Sequence record: PZ296772.1
DNA: 64,000 bases
Source: a phage
Reading direction: 5' to 3' (one strand)
A program made the translations under genes and the position numbers. Shown here in pieces: positions 1-11,654 of this stretch. The notes under the pieces are model-generated. The model made no database searches. It was not told the DNA's origin and saw only the letters and a program-made list of their open reading frames with translations. The number at the start of each line of letters is the position of its first letter. Within the stretch, counting starts at the first letter, position 1.

Positions 1-1373
1 CCTTGATAAACAGATGCGCCAAATGGAGCTTCATGTCTTTGGTATTCTCCCCAACCACCAGCGTGTTTATGGTATGACATCTGCTGTGCTTGAACACCAC
101 CAACGTGCATTCCATCACATCCTACACCAAGTCTATCCTTCCCATAACCATCTTGTCCTCGTTGATTTAAAATGTGACCACCAGTACCCGCTCCTCTGAC
201 GAAAAGACCTCGCATATCAGGAATACCAGGATTATTCCAATCGCCGCCAAATCTCGTTCCGACCGTGTTTCTATAATCGGGATATTGATCTCCTGACACG
301 GTTCCACCATGACATAAAACCCAACCCGGAGGAGCGCTATCACCTGCGAACATTTGAATTGTTCCAACAGGAACACGTTCAGATGCATATCTCTCTGTTG
401 CAACTGGCTGGTCACCGTTTTTCCACATTCCGCCACGCGACCAAATTCCATTTGCTGTGAGGTGATCTAAATTTAAAGAACCATTAATAGTTTGCCCACC
501 GCGTGTATTAATTACATCTGCGTTCCATGCTAATGCTCCAGAGCCATCGCCTTCGGGTGCAACACCGGCCTGCGTCGTTAATTTTACGACTCCACGCATA
601 GAACCGGTAGCTCCTCTACCATTTAGCGTTTCACCTGTTACAGCAACATCTCCCAAATTACTATTAATTTCCGATTGTGTTCCTAGACGTATAACACCTT
701 TATATTCTTGTGTTGCAACAGAATTCATAAAGGTATACGGGGAAATTGCATATCCTTCGCGAAGAGTTCCTTGACGTGTTTGAGCCACCGTAGCTAAACG
801 CACAACACCGGTAATAGATTCTGAAGCCGGGTCGTTATTAGGAGCTATTTGAGAAATTAATTTTATTGCTAATTGCTGTGTTTTAAGCGGAGTCATTGCT
901 GTGGTGTCATCAGACCCGGCAAGTGCAGCGGTTTGAGTTGCAATTTTAATAACACCATTAGTTGTTTCTGTTGAATAACGAGTAGAGAATGTGTTATCAA
1001 TAGTTTGGTTTAATTTAAGCGGAGTAATAGAAACAGTGTCTAAAGTGCCAGCAATGGCCTCCTCTTGTGTTGCATATTTAGTTACGCCGTACTGTGTTTC
1101 TGACGCGTTCGGATACTGAAGTCTTGCATTTAATGTGGCGGGTGTAACGGCTTTAGTACTATTAAATCCATCAAGAACTTCTTGTTCTGTCGCTAATTGA
1201 ATTACACCTTTTTCTGCTTCGCTTGCGTCCGGAACACCTTTAACACCATATGCGCTAATTGAGGCTAAGGCTGCCTGGACATTGGTTATTGAACTATCAA
1301 AATTTGACCCTACCGGGTCAAATTCAACATATACCGATTCGTTCGAAACGTGTTGATATGTATTGTTACTCAT
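1..1373 (-). CDS. 12: Short tail fibre protein gp12, 5' part (C-terminus lies beyond window start)
   Basis: Minus-strand ORF from ATG at 1373 running off the edge; product [13 protein letters not shown]... with fibre-like G/T/S-rich repeats; ATGA overlap with gene 11 stop; T4 order 11-12. Confidence 0.9.
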   Translation of the reverse strand, partial: MSNNTYQHVSNESVYVEFDPVGSNFDSSITNVQAALASISAYGVKGVPDASEAEKGVIQLATEQEVLDGFNSTKAVTPATLNARLQYPNASETQYGVTKYATQEEAIAGTLDTVSITPLKLNQTIDNTFSTRYSTETTNGVIKIATQTAALAGSDDTTAMTPLKTQQLAIKLISQIAPNNDPASESITGVVRLATVAQTRQGTLREGYAISPYTFMNSVATQEYKGVIRLGTQSEINSNLGDVAVTGETLNGRGATGSMRGVVKLTTQAGVAPEGDGSGALAWNADVINTRGGQTINGSLNLDHLTANGIWSRGGMWKNGDQPVATERYASERVPVGTIQMFAGDSAPPGWVLCHGGTVSGDQYPDYRNTVGTRFGGDWNNPGIPDMRGLFVRGAGTGGHILNQRGQDGYGKDRLGVGCDGMHVGGVQAQQMSYHKHAGGWGEYQRHEAPFGASVYQ

Positions 1374-2029
1374 GCGGTTCTCACAAAATAATAAAAGGTT
1401 GTAGGTGAAGTATGGTTGTCAAGAGTAATGGTTTGCGCACCTAGTAAATTCCAAGTGCCGTACCCGGACTTAGCCTGAGACACTATTTCTTGAGAAACCG
1501 TGATACCATAAGCGGAATACGTTGGGAGTACGTGTCTTTGGTTATCTAAATATGTTATTTGTAATTTAGTCCCAACATTAGGGTCATCTTTATACTCTGC
1601 AATAGCCAATTGGTCGGAAATCGCATTCCGGAGAGTAGTACGTAATTGTACAACAAATTCGTCGGCTGTCATACCTACAGTAGCATTAACAGGAAGCCCA
1701 TAAACTTTTACAATAACAGGGCTTCCATCGGGCAAACTAGGGTCAGTTACACTTCCACTAAAGGACCAATAATCTACCTGTGAAGTTCCTTCAGGAGATA
1801 CACCTGAGGTGTTAATTGTAACTGTTCCTACATCTGCTCTAGCAATATTATGAACATCGTTTATTGCAGATTCTACGTTATCATCATAGAATCCTTTTGC
1901 CAATTGAGAAATGGTTACAGAACCTACGCCTTGGTTGTTTAAAATATCAATTTGAGTAGGATTTTTTCTAAATCCTAAAAAATCTGCTTCGCGGGATATT
2001 ACTCCCGCTTTAGTATTAAGTATGGTCAT
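1370..2029 (-). CDS. 11: Baseplate wedge protein gp11 (short tail fibre attachment)
   Basis: 219-aa ORF starting [13 protein letters not shown] (ATG at 2029, TAATG overlap with gene 10 stop); size and synteny as T4 gp11. Confidence 0.9.
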   Translation of the reverse strand: MTILNTKAGVISREADFLGFRKNPTQIDILNNQGVGSVTISQLAKGFYDDNVESAINDVHNIARADVGTVTINTSGVSPEGTSQVDYWSFSGSVTDPSLPDGSPVIVKVYGLPVNATVGMTADEFVVQLRTTLRNAISDQLAIAEYKDDPNVGTKLQITYLDNQRHVLPTYSAYGITVSQEIVSQAKSGYGTWNLLGAQTITLDNHTSPTTFYYFVRTA

Positions 2030-3843
2030 TATGCAATCCTTACCCAACGATATACGGTAATTGACGGTTGAATATTATTTACGGCTTGAGGCGGTATGTG
2101 TGTACTATTCGTTGTGGCGTGGCCTTCACGGTATTTGGTGTATATAGGACCTTCTGCATCAGGGTCGTATTGACAACCACCAATAATAATTGTACCGTTC
2201 TCATCGGAAATAAGAACTTTCTCGTCAGTTTGAGTAGGAGGTAAATCAGAATTAGTTAGTGTGTTAGACGTTGTTCCGAGTGTTCCACCGGCGGTATGTG
2301 TAGGATTCCCGCTAGAATCAAGGTCGTTATTATTTAATGCAAAATTAGGATCGCTAATATCGTCGTTCCATCCAACTAATACTTTTCCTTGTCCCCATAA
2401 TTTCCAAGAGCCAAATCCTAAATACGTGGCTGGGTTATTAGGGTTCACTGCATTTTCGTAAATAGTACCGACAGGGTAAATGGTGTTAAAAATATTTGCA
2501 ATAGACGAGAATTCCCTGCTATATGCAGGAACAGATTCTACATTAGGCCATCCGATATTATTGAAATCGGTCAAAGCCACATCGCCGGTCACATTTACGG
2601 TTGCACCTTGTGCGACATACCTTTCATCAGTTGTATCTAAAATGTCATCGATACTTAATAAAGTGCCTAAATCGTTATTAAACCATGTAATATCAATAAT
2701 GTCTTGGTCTTCAAACTTACGGTCAAAGACTAAAGCACGTGCAATAGTTGCATCGTTATCATCGTATTCAATAGAATAATCGGTGTTAGATGTAACCCAA
2801 GTCCCACCTAAAGCTGAACACTCGGTAGAAGTTTCTGCATCAGCACCTTCACATCTGAACATAGGTAAACCAACAGTACCAGCTAATTCTTGAAGAATAC
2901 CGTTAAAACGAACTTCTAAAGAATTGGTATTGACCGGTTCTGAAGGATTAACTCCAAATGCCGAAAAAGGAATAGATTTCAAAGTTGACAAATCCGCGAC
3001 ATATACACTTCCTTCTAAGGAAGGACGGGTTGTTAATTTCGAATCTAAAATACGTATTTGGCGGCGAGAATAAGAACTACGTAATTGTGTAATCCCATCT
3101 AAAAAGGTTTCAATTTGTACGGTGTCGCCGATATTACATGGTTGTCTTAAACGGATGCTTTTACCATCTAATGCAACGATTTCTCCAGGATTAGCTCCTG
3201 GAGAACCAAAGTCACTATTGTCACTGAACACGTCACCATAGTATAATTCGTTACCACGATGTTTTACACGGATATTATTCACATTATAAGAAACAGGCCC
3301 AAATACATCAAGAAAATCAGTTTGACCTTGAACTTCGACTAAAAATTCTTTACGAGCTACACTACTAATATCAGAACTAGTAATTTTGTCTATTTGTTTA
3401 TTTTTAACGTATTCCCAGCGCCCGGGAGAACAGTAAACTAATTCTAAGTCTGAAAACTGTACATTGATTTCTACTGGGCTAGAAGAACCTTTAATAGTAT
3501 CACCGCTGGCAGCAATTAATGTTACAGGGTTAATATTCCATGTGGCGAATACATCACGGGCTCTAATTACTTTATTATAATCTTCTACTGTTCCTTTAGG
3601 TAAATTTATAGAAACACGCCCTGTTGAAGTATCAATTGCGTATGATTTACCCCATTCAGCAGCTAAATTAAGTCCATCTGAAGAATGGTATGTTTTCCAG
3701 GCACCAGCGGAATACGGAACTTCGCCGTCGCCTAATTCATAATACAACTCATCAAAGTTTTCATTAATTTTTGCACCACCACGACGAAGGTAATCGCCTT
3801 GTCCGTCATCAACGACGTTCCCAATTTTAATATTTTGTTTCAT
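2029..3843 (-). CDS. 10: Baseplate wedge protein gp10
   Basis: 604-aa [23 protein letters not shown]...; T4 gp10 length about 602 aa; position between 9 and 11. Confidence 0.92.
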   Translation of the reverse strand: MKQNIKIGNVVDDGQGDYLRRGGAKINENFDELYYELGDGEVPYSAGAWKTYHSSDGLNLAAEWGKSYAIDTSTGRVSINLPKGTVEDYNKVIRARDVFATWNINPVTLIAASGDTIKGSSSPVEINVQFSDLELVYCSPGRWEYVKNKQIDKITSSDISSVARKEFLVEVQGQTDFLDVFGPVSYNVNNIRVKHRGNELYYGDVFSDNSDFGSPGANPGEIVALDGKSIRLRQPCNIGDTVQIETFLDGITQLRSSYSRRQIRILDSKLTTRPSLEGSVYVADLSTLKSIPFSAFGVNPSEPVNTNSLEVRFNGILQELAGTVGLPMFRCEGADAETSTECSALGGTWVTSNTDYSIEYDDNDATIARALVFDRKFEDQDIIDITWFNNDLGTLLSIDDILDTTDERYVAQGATVNVTGDVALTDFNNIGWPNVESVPAYSREFSSIANIFNTIYPVGTIYENAVNPNNPATYLGFGSWKLWGQGKVLVGWNDDISDPNFALNNNDLDSSGNPTHTAGGTLGTTSNTLTNSDLPPTQTDEKVLISDENGTIIIGGCQYDPDAEGPIYTKYREGHATTNSTHIPPQAVNNIQPSITVYRWVRIA

Positions 3844-4706
3844 TATTGAGCGACCCTAATTTTCTGAGTTGAAATAACTTTAGCTGCCACTCGAAGACCA
3901 TTTATATGTGAAGAAACTGTCATAGTGGCAAAATTGTTAATTATCGAAAAACTAATATTCGCAATTTCATCTTCTTCGTTATCATTACCAACGCGCATCA
4001 CTGCGTATTCGGTTGAAATAACTCTTGAATTAATTGTATCTATTAGAATATTTATTTCACATGATTTAATTTTTCTACCGTTGGCAGATTGGCATGTAAC
4101 CAAAAGTTTAGCAGCGTTATATTCAGTTTTATAAAATAGAGGAATATTGACATAGTCTGAAATAATATTCCATGTCCCGTCTACAGGAATTTCGGTATGA
4201 CTAAACATACTTTCTGTAGAATAATCCCATATTGAACCGCCTGCACCAGAAGAAATACAACGAAGAGTAACTTTAGTATAAGGTGTGGTTATAACTAAAT
4301 TACCTGCAACACCTTTAATAGAATCTAATGCTTGGATACTTAATGGGTTATTTACAGAAATTGACCCGTTTGAATTTATAAATTCCACGGAATCGCCGAG
4401 TTCACCTCTAGCAACAGTAACAATAACACCACCGGTAGAAGCATCTATGTCGTGTCTACTTCCTACTGGAACAGGGGTGAAATAATCAGTAGGGCCTCCT
4501 TTTTGGTAGTATCCAGTGGCATGGATTATTTGTCCATTCGGTCCTGTCCCATTAGCAGTTGCCATTTTTCGTTGGTCACCAAACGCATTGTAAATAGCAT
4601 TTATATCATTGTTTATTTTAACACCGCCGTCAAAAAGGATATCGCCTGTAGAAGCGTTACCAATTTCGCCAACGTCAATCAATTGTTTTGGAGTTTGAAT
4701 ATACAT
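3843..4706 (-). CDS. 9: Baseplate wedge protein gp9 (long tail fibre socket)
   Basis: 287-aa ORF; T4 gp9 is 288 aa; lies between 8 and 10; own late promoter upstream. Confidence 0.88.
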   Translation of the reverse strand: MYIQTPKQLIDVGEIGNASTGDILFDGGVKINNDINAIYNAFGDQRKMATANGTGPNGQIIHATGYYQKGGPTDYFTPVPVGSRHDIDASTGGVIVTVARGELGDSVEFINSNGSISVNNPLSIQALDSIKGVAGNLVITTPYTKVTLRCISSGAGGSIWDYSTESMFSHTEIPVDGTWNIISDYVNIPLFYKTEYNAAKLLVTCQSANGRKIKSCEINILIDTINSRVISTEYAVMRVGNDNEEDEIANISFSIINNFATMTVSSHINGLRVAAKVISTQKIRVAQ

Positions 4707-4731
4707 GTGGCTAATCCTTAATAGTTTATAC

Positions 4732-4739
4732 TATTTATA
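4732..4739 (-). promoter_or_regulatory. T4-type late promoter (TATAAATA) for gene 9
   Basis: Plus-strand TATTTATA = TATAAATA on coding strand, about 26 nt upstream of gene 9 ATG. Confidence 0.6.
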
Positions 4740-4746
4740 CACGAAA

Positions 4747-4764
4747 GGGAGACCGAAGTCTCCC
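4747..4764 (-). terminator. Stem-loop 3' of gene 8 (7-bp stem, UUCG loop)
   Basis: GGGAGAC-cgaa-GTCTCCC perfect inverted repeat directly after gene 8 stop; only a weak U-tract follows. Confidence 0.45.
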
Positions 4765-4768
4765 TAAA

Positions 4769-5773
4769 TTAGAACATAAACAAAATATTGATCTCTTCGG
4801 TTTGGTCCATTGCCATAATAATAGGTGGACGGTTTTCCATATAAATCATTTCACCAGAATGACGCTGTAAATCTCCGGGGTCATAATAATCCTTTTCAGC
4901 CTTTATATTAGGGTCATTAGGACGGAGTTTAGCTTCTAAGGGATTTGTGATAATAGAAATTTGTCTAAATCCTTTATTACCAGGCAGTGCTGCATTAGGG
5001 AAATAAACTGAGTCTAAATAGGCTTTAAAACGAATTATGTTTGCTTTAACTCTATACACAAGGCCAAAATCATCTTGTTGCCAGGTTAGATTGTTTTCAT
5101 ATCCCCAACGAGCAGGGTCTTCTTTAACTTCTTCCGGCCATGGAACGACTATATATTCATTAGTACATCGGTTTATAGACACATCAGGTGGAATCTCATA
5201 AAGATACTCCCATATATATCCATCACCAACTTCGATAATCCCTTCAGCATCTCCACGACCTTCAGGAGGAGTCATTGACCTAACAGAAGGTGTCCATTTA
5301 CCACCTAATTTAAGACATTCTTCTTTGTTGTCGAGAGACTCAATAGAACACATCCCAACATCAGGAACATCTACGCAACGATATACTAACCATCCGGCCC
5401 CGACTTCAGTAGCATTATAAGGGGCTGTATTACATACGACTATATCATTTATTTTGAATGTATAAGGGTCCGGATAACGAATATCTCCCCAGTCACGTCT
5501 AGGAATAACCGAGTCTAACATAGATGGGATAACTTTAACTAAACCCATCATGTTAGTCCACATATCTGTTACACCTAAAACCGAGTCTGTTGGATACGGT
5601 GGGGCGAAGCCCACCTCATTTTCATTAGCAGCCCATGGTTCAGACCGACCAAACGTTATAAAGATGGTGTTTTTATTATCACCATCACCTATTGAATTGT
5701 AGAAATTCAACATTTTTTCAGTTCTAAATTTTGAAGTAACTATCGCACGATAGACAACACTTGAATCATTCAT
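4769..5773 (-). CDS. 8: Baseplate wedge protein gp8
   Basis: 334-aa ORF, same length as T4 gp8; 8-nt overlap with gene 7. Confidence 0.9.
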   Translation of the reverse strand: MNDSSVVYRAIVTSKFRTEKMLNFYNSIGDGDNKNTIFITFGRSEPWAANENEVGFAPPYPTDSVLGVTDMWTNMMGLVKVIPSMLDSVIPRRDWGDIRYPDPYTFKINDIVVCNTAPYNATEVGAGWLVYRCVDVPDVGMCSIESLDNKEECLKLGGKWTPSVRSMTPPEGRGDAEGIIEVGDGYIWEYLYEIPPDVSINRCTNEYIVVPWPEEVKEDPARWGYENNLTWQQDDFGLVYRVKANIIRFKAYLDSVYFPNAALPGNKGFRQISIITNPLEAKLRPNDPNIKAEKDYYDPGDLQRHSGEMIYMENRPPIIMAMDQTEEINILFMF

Positions 5774-8700
5774 CTAATTTAACCTGTGGTGGATTAATCG
5801 GGTCTCTAGGATTTCCCACGTTATCTAACAATCTTTCATTAACAAGCTCTCTAAATCTAGAGAACGTTGTACCTGATGCATCAAATAATGGGCTCATTGG
5901 CTTGCGTCGTTCGGACGGTAATTGTCCTTGGAAAATAGAGTTATCATTTTCTTCGTTATAATTTGCAGGTAAAGGGTATTCGATACCGGCATAAGGTCCA
6001 GCATCATAAATTACTTCACCTGTAACAGGATTGAATTCTACATTACCTTGAGGGTCTAAACGAGCGACGCGGTCTGCATATTCCGTAGGCAGTCCGGAAT
6101 CCCACTTATAATTTTTATATTTATTAATAATAGTTTCAACATGTTTAAGCGTTAATCCTGTATTAATAAACATTGTTAATAAGGTTATTGCAATAAATCC
6201 AAATCCTACCGGATGTACAAAACGTAGTACGTCAGATTTCCAACGAGAGGACGGAAGATTTGACTTTATTTTCATGACGTAATAAGCTCTACCACGATTA
6301 AAATAATCGATAGTGTTTTGGGCAAGTTCTTTACCTTTAATACCGCGAACTATTTCACCTTCAAAATCTGCTAGTCTTTCGGCTTTTACTTCTTGACCGA
6401 CTAAAAGCCTACCTAAAAGGTTATGAATAGTCACAGTCCATTGTAATTTACCTTTAGAATAGCTTCTTTCTAAATATGTAACATTACATCTACCTGTAGC
6501 GGTGTATATAGTTTGTCCAACCAAATCTTCACTTATAGAATCAGATTGAATTATGATATCGTACTCTGTTCCAGCAGATGACTCAATTTCCACTTCAACG
6601 TCTTCGTTATAAAGAACTTTAAACAAAAACTTATACGACGCTTCAGTTCCTTTAGTAGAATAAAAATCATAACTTCTAGACTCAAAGAACCTAGAAACTA
6701 AATCACGTTTCTCAGCATTCAAATAAATGTTCCGTTTATAAATTTCGGACCAAAGATATTCCCATGCGTGTTCTTCTCGTGGGTATTTATTTTTAATCAA
6801 ATTCAATAAGTTATTATAATGAGTCCCGTATCCATCAGAAAGATATTGAATATACGCTTCACAAAATGCTTCAAAGTTTGTATTATCCAACAGATAAGAC
6901 TCTGGCATCATTGTAGTGAGTAATGGGCGTAAATCCGGGTCAGCTAGACCTGTCTCTTCAACAGGAACCCAAGAAGTTTCTTTTTCTTGGTTTTGTAATG
7001 AGGCGGTCAAGAATACGTTAGTGGGCTTCCAAATTATAGAAACGTTATCTCTAACACGATAACTAAAATCGTAATATGAAATTATTTCACCTGATGATTT
7101 ATAAAACAACATACCAGATGCGTATTTTTTAAATCCAGTGAATTCTATATTCGGCATAACAATCTTACAATCGCCATCATTCCAGTATTCATGAACTTTA
7201 CGATCAGGTGAAGTGCTAGGGTGGCTTTCAACTACCTTTGTGTAAAGCAAATCAGAATAAATCACTACCGCTCTATCAGAGTTATTAATCCAAGAACGTG
7301 TGCCTGATTTTCTAGAATAACTAAAGAAAGGTTCTGCATAATACTGCATAGGAGTTGGTGAAAAAGTTTCCCAATTACTTTCTTCGTTTGATGCGAAAAT
7401 CATCATATGGTAATGTTTATCTGCGAGCCATTCTCTAGGATATTCATACTTAACTGCTCTTAAAAGTTCATACTTAGATTGCGTTTCTGGGTCGTCAACA
7501 ATATCAGATTCTAAAAATTTAAAATTACTAGAAGAGATATAAAGCTCAACACCATCAGTAGACATATTGGTGAAAGCCGGTTCTATACGACGGCGTTCTT
7601 CTTCGGTATTACCAAATATCCTTTTAAATGTTCCAGCGTCATGGTCTAAAACGTATACACCTTTATCAACGGAATCCAAAATAGGCTTTGTTCTTGGGTC
7701 GTCATTAACATTTTCGACTTCACCAATAATAAGAGCGAATATTCTTCCACCAACAGAATCCATTTTATAACAAACTGCTTTAGGGTTGCCTGTTATTGTA
7801 AACGTCTCGGGTTCAAACAACCGTTCGGAATAGGTCGGAGATAATGGATCTGAATCAATAGGAGCGTTACTGGTTTTAACGAAGCGAACTTTATCTCTGG
7901 CCGCAATATAAACATAGTCGTCATTACAAGTAATAGCTTCTGCAATACGTGATACGTTTCCTGGTAATGACGCGTATGTACCGAAAATCTCTACATCAAA
8001 ACCTAAATTTAATCGGTCCCCGATTTTAGCAAATGTTACATCTTGTGAACTGAAACGAACATCATCAGCAGACCAACGAATATCGGATGATTTACGCCCG
8101 TAAAAAATCTTATCATAGCCGAGCAAATACGTCGTATATTCTGATTGGTAATATACAGTTCGTGAAAGTGGATATCCTACACGGTCATTAAGCAATTTAA
8201 CCGCTTTCCATGTTTGGCCTTTATCATTAGACACTTTTACAATAGGTTGGAATCTTTCAAAAAGGTAAAGAATTCCTTCAGATTCCATTAGATATACTCG
8301 ATTTATATCTTTACATACGTCCTGGATATGCCCCTGGATTTCATGATACTGATTTTCACCAATTATAAAATTTCTAATCGATGACACATCGGTGTATGCA
8401 GGACTAAATTGGAACGACTCGCTCATCAGTGCTGCCATGATCGTGTCATTATTAAAATCAACGTAGTTTGTATTATTTTTTGTAAATTTTTCAGAAATAA
8501 ACTCGTTAGCTAATTGCATTTCAATCATATGTTGGAATGTGTAAGCGTTTATTTCAAATGTTTCAAACTCTTCGGTGTATCTCCAATCAGACTGCTCAAA
8601 TCCCTCCGCTGCTGTAGCCACACGCATCATATATGTTGTTAATGAATTTAAACCAGACTCAAAGAAATTGTTATCAGCGGTATATCCTAAATTAGTCCAT

Positions 8701-8864
8701 CTATAGCTATTACGGGGAATTGCTTCCCCATTAGCTGTTTTGGTCTCAGCTATTTCCACAAAATAGTAGAAATTAGCGCCAACCTCATCCCAGCGAATTT
8801 GAACTTGGTTTGCGGACAATTTAGATAATCTGAGACTCGTGACTGCTGGCGCTTTTACTGTCAT
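5766..8864 (-). CDS. 7: Baseplate wedge protein gp7
   Basis: 1032-aa ORF, same length as T4 gp7; ATGA overlap with gene 6 stop. Confidence 0.92.
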   Translation of the reverse strand: MTVKAPAVTSLRLSKLSANQVQIRWDEVGANFYYFVEIAETKTANGEAIPRNSYRWTNLGYTADNNFFESGLNSLTTYMMRVATAAEGFEQSDWRYTEEFETFEINAYTFQHMIEMQLANEFISEKFTKNNTNYVDFNNDTIMAALMSESFQFSPAYTDVSSIRNFIIGENQYHEIQGHIQDVCKDINRVYLMESEGILYLFERFQPIVKVSNDKGQTWKAVKLLNDRVGYPLSRTVYYQSEYTTYLLGYDKIFYGRKSSDIRWSADDVRFSSQDVTFAKIGDRLNLGFDVEIFGTYASLPGNVSRIAEAITCNDDYVYIAARDKVRFVKTSNAPIDSDPLSPTYSERLFEPETFTITGNPKAVCYKMDSVGGRIFALIIGEVENVNDDPRTKPILDSVDKGVYVLDHDAGTFKRIFGNTEEERRRIEPAFTNMSTDGVELYISSSNFKFLESDIVDDPETQSKYELLRAVKYEYPREWLADKHYHMMIFASNEESNWETFSPTPMQYYAEPFFSYSRKSGTRSWINNSDRAVVIYSDLLYTKVVESHPSTSPDRKVHEYWNDGDCKIVMPNIEFTGFKKYASGMLFYKSSGEIISYYDFSYRVRDNVSIIWKPTNVFLTASLQNQEKETSWVPVEETGLADPDLRPLLTTMMPESYLLDNTNFEAFCEAYIQYLSDGYGTHYNNLLNLIKNKYPREEHAWEYLWSEIYKRNIYLNAEKRDLVSRFFESRSYDFYSTKGTEASYKFLFKVLYNEDVEVEIESSAGTEYDIIIQSDSISEDLVGQTIYTATGRCNVTYLERSYSKGKLQWTVTIHNLLGRLLVGQEVKAERLADFEGEIVRGIKGKELAQNTIDYFNRGRAYYVMKIKSNLPSSRWKSDVLRFVHPVGFGFIAITLLTMFINTGLTLKHVETIINKYKNYKWDSGLPTEYADRVARLDPQGNVEFNPVTGEVIYDAGPYAGIEYPLPANYNEENDNSIFQGQLPSERRKPMSPLFDASGTTFSRFRELVNERLLDNVGNPRDPINPPQVKLDE

Positions 8865-10831
8865 TGTGAAATAGGCTCCAAATCTATGGTTAAATATTGC
8901 GGACGTAAGTCATTTTCAAATACAATTAACGACCCGTCTTTAGTAAAGATAACATCATCAGCTGGGTCCGAATAGAGTTCAATAGTTTGAACTTCAAACC
9001 TATCAGAAGTTAAATCAATTTTAGCTATATTCCAATAAATTGAATCAGCCGGATAATTTACTTCACCTATAGAGTAATATTTGTTTCTTCCGTCCGTAAC
9101 ATGAAGTTTATTAAAATCGTCACCAGTATATGGTTGAATATAAGCATTTTCTATAACGTCGCCATCTGCAAACGGGCCAATGATAACTTGTCCAATGCCA
9201 CGGTCATTTCTATCTGAACCTACAATGCGAACGTCATATTTAATAGTAGCTTCCGTTTCAGGGTCAACGCGTAAACTATCAAATGAAAACACGTTAGATT
9301 CTAATGTTCTATCTTTAATCTGGTTATTGTATTTAATACCTGTTTCAGGTGTTTTGTAGAAGTTCTGTACCTCGCGAACCATTTGAATAGTCGCAGACGA
9401 ACCAATGATAGAAATATCTGCGTCATCGACATACGTTAGCATTTTAGATTTTGCGAATGACGAGTTAAAAATTTCCACGTCTTCAATATAATACCGGTCG
9501 ATTTTATTAATAATTTGGCCTTCTAACCATTGTTCAGATTCCTGTAATTTGTTCAATGCATACGTAACGCGAATATTCATTTTAATAAACAAATAATCAG
9601 GAGAAATAACAACAGGAGTTATCGTCCCTAAGTTATACTCATTAAGATAATTTTTAATATCGTCTCGTTGGACGGAAGTCAAATATAGCCCAGACTTAGG
9701 TTTAGCAGCAATAAATGCGTACCCAGGCTTAGATGAATCCGTAAATGTCTGAACCGCTTGAATAATAGAACCAAATCGTTCAGAGACGAATGTGTCGTAA
9801 TCAGTAGCGGTCACACATCGTTGTTGAGTTTCGCGTTTAATTGTACCTAATTCACGGATACGTTCAATATCTTCAGGGTCGCCACCACCATCCGCACCAA
9901 CGAAGTCAGGGTTATTACTTGGGTTTTCATTAATTCCAATAACTGTGATATTAGCTAATGTATCAGCATAAGAGAATCCTACTGCACCATTTGCTTCAGC
10001 ACCATTAGTAGAAATATATTCAATTACGATTTTAGAACCCTGGACGGGTTTAAGGCCACCAATGTAGTTGGATGTTAAAGCACCTTCTGATGTGTTAATA
10101 GAGATTTCACCTTCACCAAAATAAAATTCAGTGTTCCCGTCAACAGTTTCTCGCATATAATAAATGGTTGAAGTAGAACCAGCATGAACCATCGATTTGC
10201 GGGTCCAGTTAATCCATTCTGCTCCGTCAACATACAATTTAACCAAATTACGGTCAATGTTCTTATCACGAATAATGATAGGTTTTAATTTATCAAATGT
10301 TAATTCAGTACGAACAATACGTCCCTGAGCTAACCTAAGACGTGGGAAATATTGATTATTTTTGTCTTTAACTACAATGACGTCTTCGGTGGAAACAAAG
10401 TTATATGGATTTACAGAAGTACCTTTAGCATACGCCAGGAAACGAGTACCACGTGGAATAGTGATATAGTTTCTATTTAATGCATCCGTACATGTGAGCA
10501 TAATTTCTGTTTGTGCTGCTGATTTAGATGCAGGCAGATATCCATTATCCTGCGCCGCTTGTACAACAGAACTGCGCAAGTTAGCAGTACGCATAAAGCT
10601 TTCATACACTGCACTATTACTGAACTGTTGGATATAAAGAGTGTTATATGCTAAAAGGTCGCACAATACATTTAAGCGTGAACCTTCAAAATCATAATCA
10701 AGAAATTCATTCTGCCCATTGAGCCATTCGATAATGTTTTGTTTGATTTCGGCAAATGTACCACCGATAAAAATCTCGGGAATAGCATTCGCTGTTCTGG
10801 CTAATTGATAATTTACAGGAGTGTTTGCCAT
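8861..10831 (-). CDS. 6: Baseplate wedge protein gp6
   Basis: ORF with start taken at MANTPVNYQLARTANAIPEIF (656 aa; ORF-track start 19 codons upstream is probably an over-extension); T4 gp6 about 660 aa. Confidence 0.9.
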   Translation of the reverse strand: MANTPVNYQLARTANAIPEIFIGGTFAEIKQNIIEWLNGQNEFLDYDFEGSRLNVLCDLLAYNTLYIQQFSNSAVYESFMRTANLRSSVVQAAQDNGYLPASKSAAQTEIMLTCTDALNRNYITIPRGTRFLAYAKGTSVNPYNFVSTEDVIVVKDKNNQYFPRLRLAQGRIVRTELTFDKLKPIIIRDKNIDRNLVKLYVDGAEWINWTRKSMVHAGSTSTIYYMRETVDGNTEFYFGEGEISINTSEGALTSNYIGGLKPVQGSKIVIEYISTNGAEANGAVGFSYADTLANITVIGINENPSNNPDFVGADGGGDPEDIERIRELGTIKRETQQRCVTATDYDTFVSERFGSIIQAVQTFTDSSKPGYAFIAAKPKSGLYLTSVQRDDIKNYLNEYNLGTITPVVISPDYLFIKMNIRVTYALNKLQESEQWLEGQIINKIDRYYIEDVEIFNSSFAKSKMLTYVDDADISIIGSSATIQMVREVQNFYKTPETGIKYNNQIKDRTLESNVFSFDSLRVDPETEATIKYDVRIVGSDRNDRGIGQVIIGPFADGDVIENAYIQPYTGDDFNKLHVTDGRNKYYSIGEVNYPADSIYWNIAKIDLTSDRFEVQTIELYSDPADDVIFTKDGSLIVFENDLRPQYLTIDLEPISQ

Positions 10832-10839
10832 TTTAATTC

Positions 10840-11133
10840 CTATTTTATAAAGACTTTTGACGAGGCCTGAGAAACAGTATCCCCGCATGAAATTGGATCA
10901 GCCATTTGAACGGCCTTTTTACCGGTGATGTATACTTTAGATGTACGAGGTTCAGTAACACCTCCATGAGTCTCGTATGGTTTTTTAATTTCTGTATGAG
11001 GTGTTATTTGGTCTCCTGCCACAAGAACAGGAATACCGCCGGTGAACACTTTAGATTGGGAAGCATTTATTACAGTAGGAGGCCATGCTTCATGACCTGT
11101 TGTAACGCACTTGTCATAACTTAAGCCAGACAT
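10840..11133 (-). CDS. 5.4: PAAR-repeat tail spike tip protein gp5.4
   Basis: 97-aa product from [19 protein letters not shown]... with CxxxH and CGD motifs; sits between 5.1 and 6 as in T4. Confidence 0.85.
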   Translation of the reverse strand: MSGLSYDKCVTTGHEAWPPTVINASQSKVFTGGIPVLVAGDQITPHTEIKKPYETHGGVTEPRTSKVYITGKKAVQMADPISCGDTVSQASSKVFIK

Positions 11134-11135
11134 TT

Positions 11136-11651
11136 TCACGGCCTCACATAAACATAGTTTCGTAATTGATGAGCCCATTTGCTCCAATTTCCTACTATAG
11201 TTTTTGTATAAACCTTAGTAAGAGTTTTTTGTACTGGAGCCGGTGGAGGTTCTGTACCAGAGTCACTTCTAGAACCGCCTGATGAACTTTCTTCTTGGTG
11301 GTTATAAATCATTTCAACCGTATAACTAAACACTTTACGAAGATTCTGAGGAGCTCTCCACAAATATAACTGTGTTGACTCATCTTTTGGTAAATCATCC
11401 CATGAAGATGCGGTTTCAAAATCATCATTTAATCGGTATTTCAATGCATCAGAAGAAAAGCTAAACACACTTTCATATGTTCCATATAAACGATTACCAT
11501 CTACCGTAATGCCTTGTGTCGGTTCATAATCTGTTATATTTATTGACACTAAAGTTTCGGTTGTTTCTAACTGTGGAGTAAAAAGGACGTCAATAGACGC
11601 CCCTTCCATGTCTTCTCCTAAGTCGGTATTTAAAGGAAGTATTTGTGCCAT
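11136..11651 (-). CDS. 5.1: Conserved hypothetical protein in gene 5.1 position
   Basis: 171-aa ORF directly downstream of gene 5 and upstream of 5.4; synteny with T4 5.1. Confidence 0.7.
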   Translation of the reverse strand: MAQILPLNTDLGEDMEGASIDVLFTPQLETTETLVSINITDYEPTQGITVDGNRLYGTYESVFSFSSDALKYRLNDDFETASSWDDLPKDESTQLYLWRAPQNLRKVFSYTVEMIYNHQEESSSGGSRSDSGTEPPPAPVQKTLTKVYTKTIVGNWSKWAHQLRNYVYVRP

Positions 11652-11654
11652 ATA

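Noticed and set aside
14-451. ORFs 14-199 (+) and 167-451 (-) at the window start
   Set aside because: Both lie within the gp12 short tail fibre coding region in the wrong frame or strand.
2261-2779. Plus-strand ORFs (66 and 99 aa) inside the gene 10 region
   Set aside because: Embedded antisense within a strongly supported minus-strand baseplate gene; low-complexity translation; no RBS.
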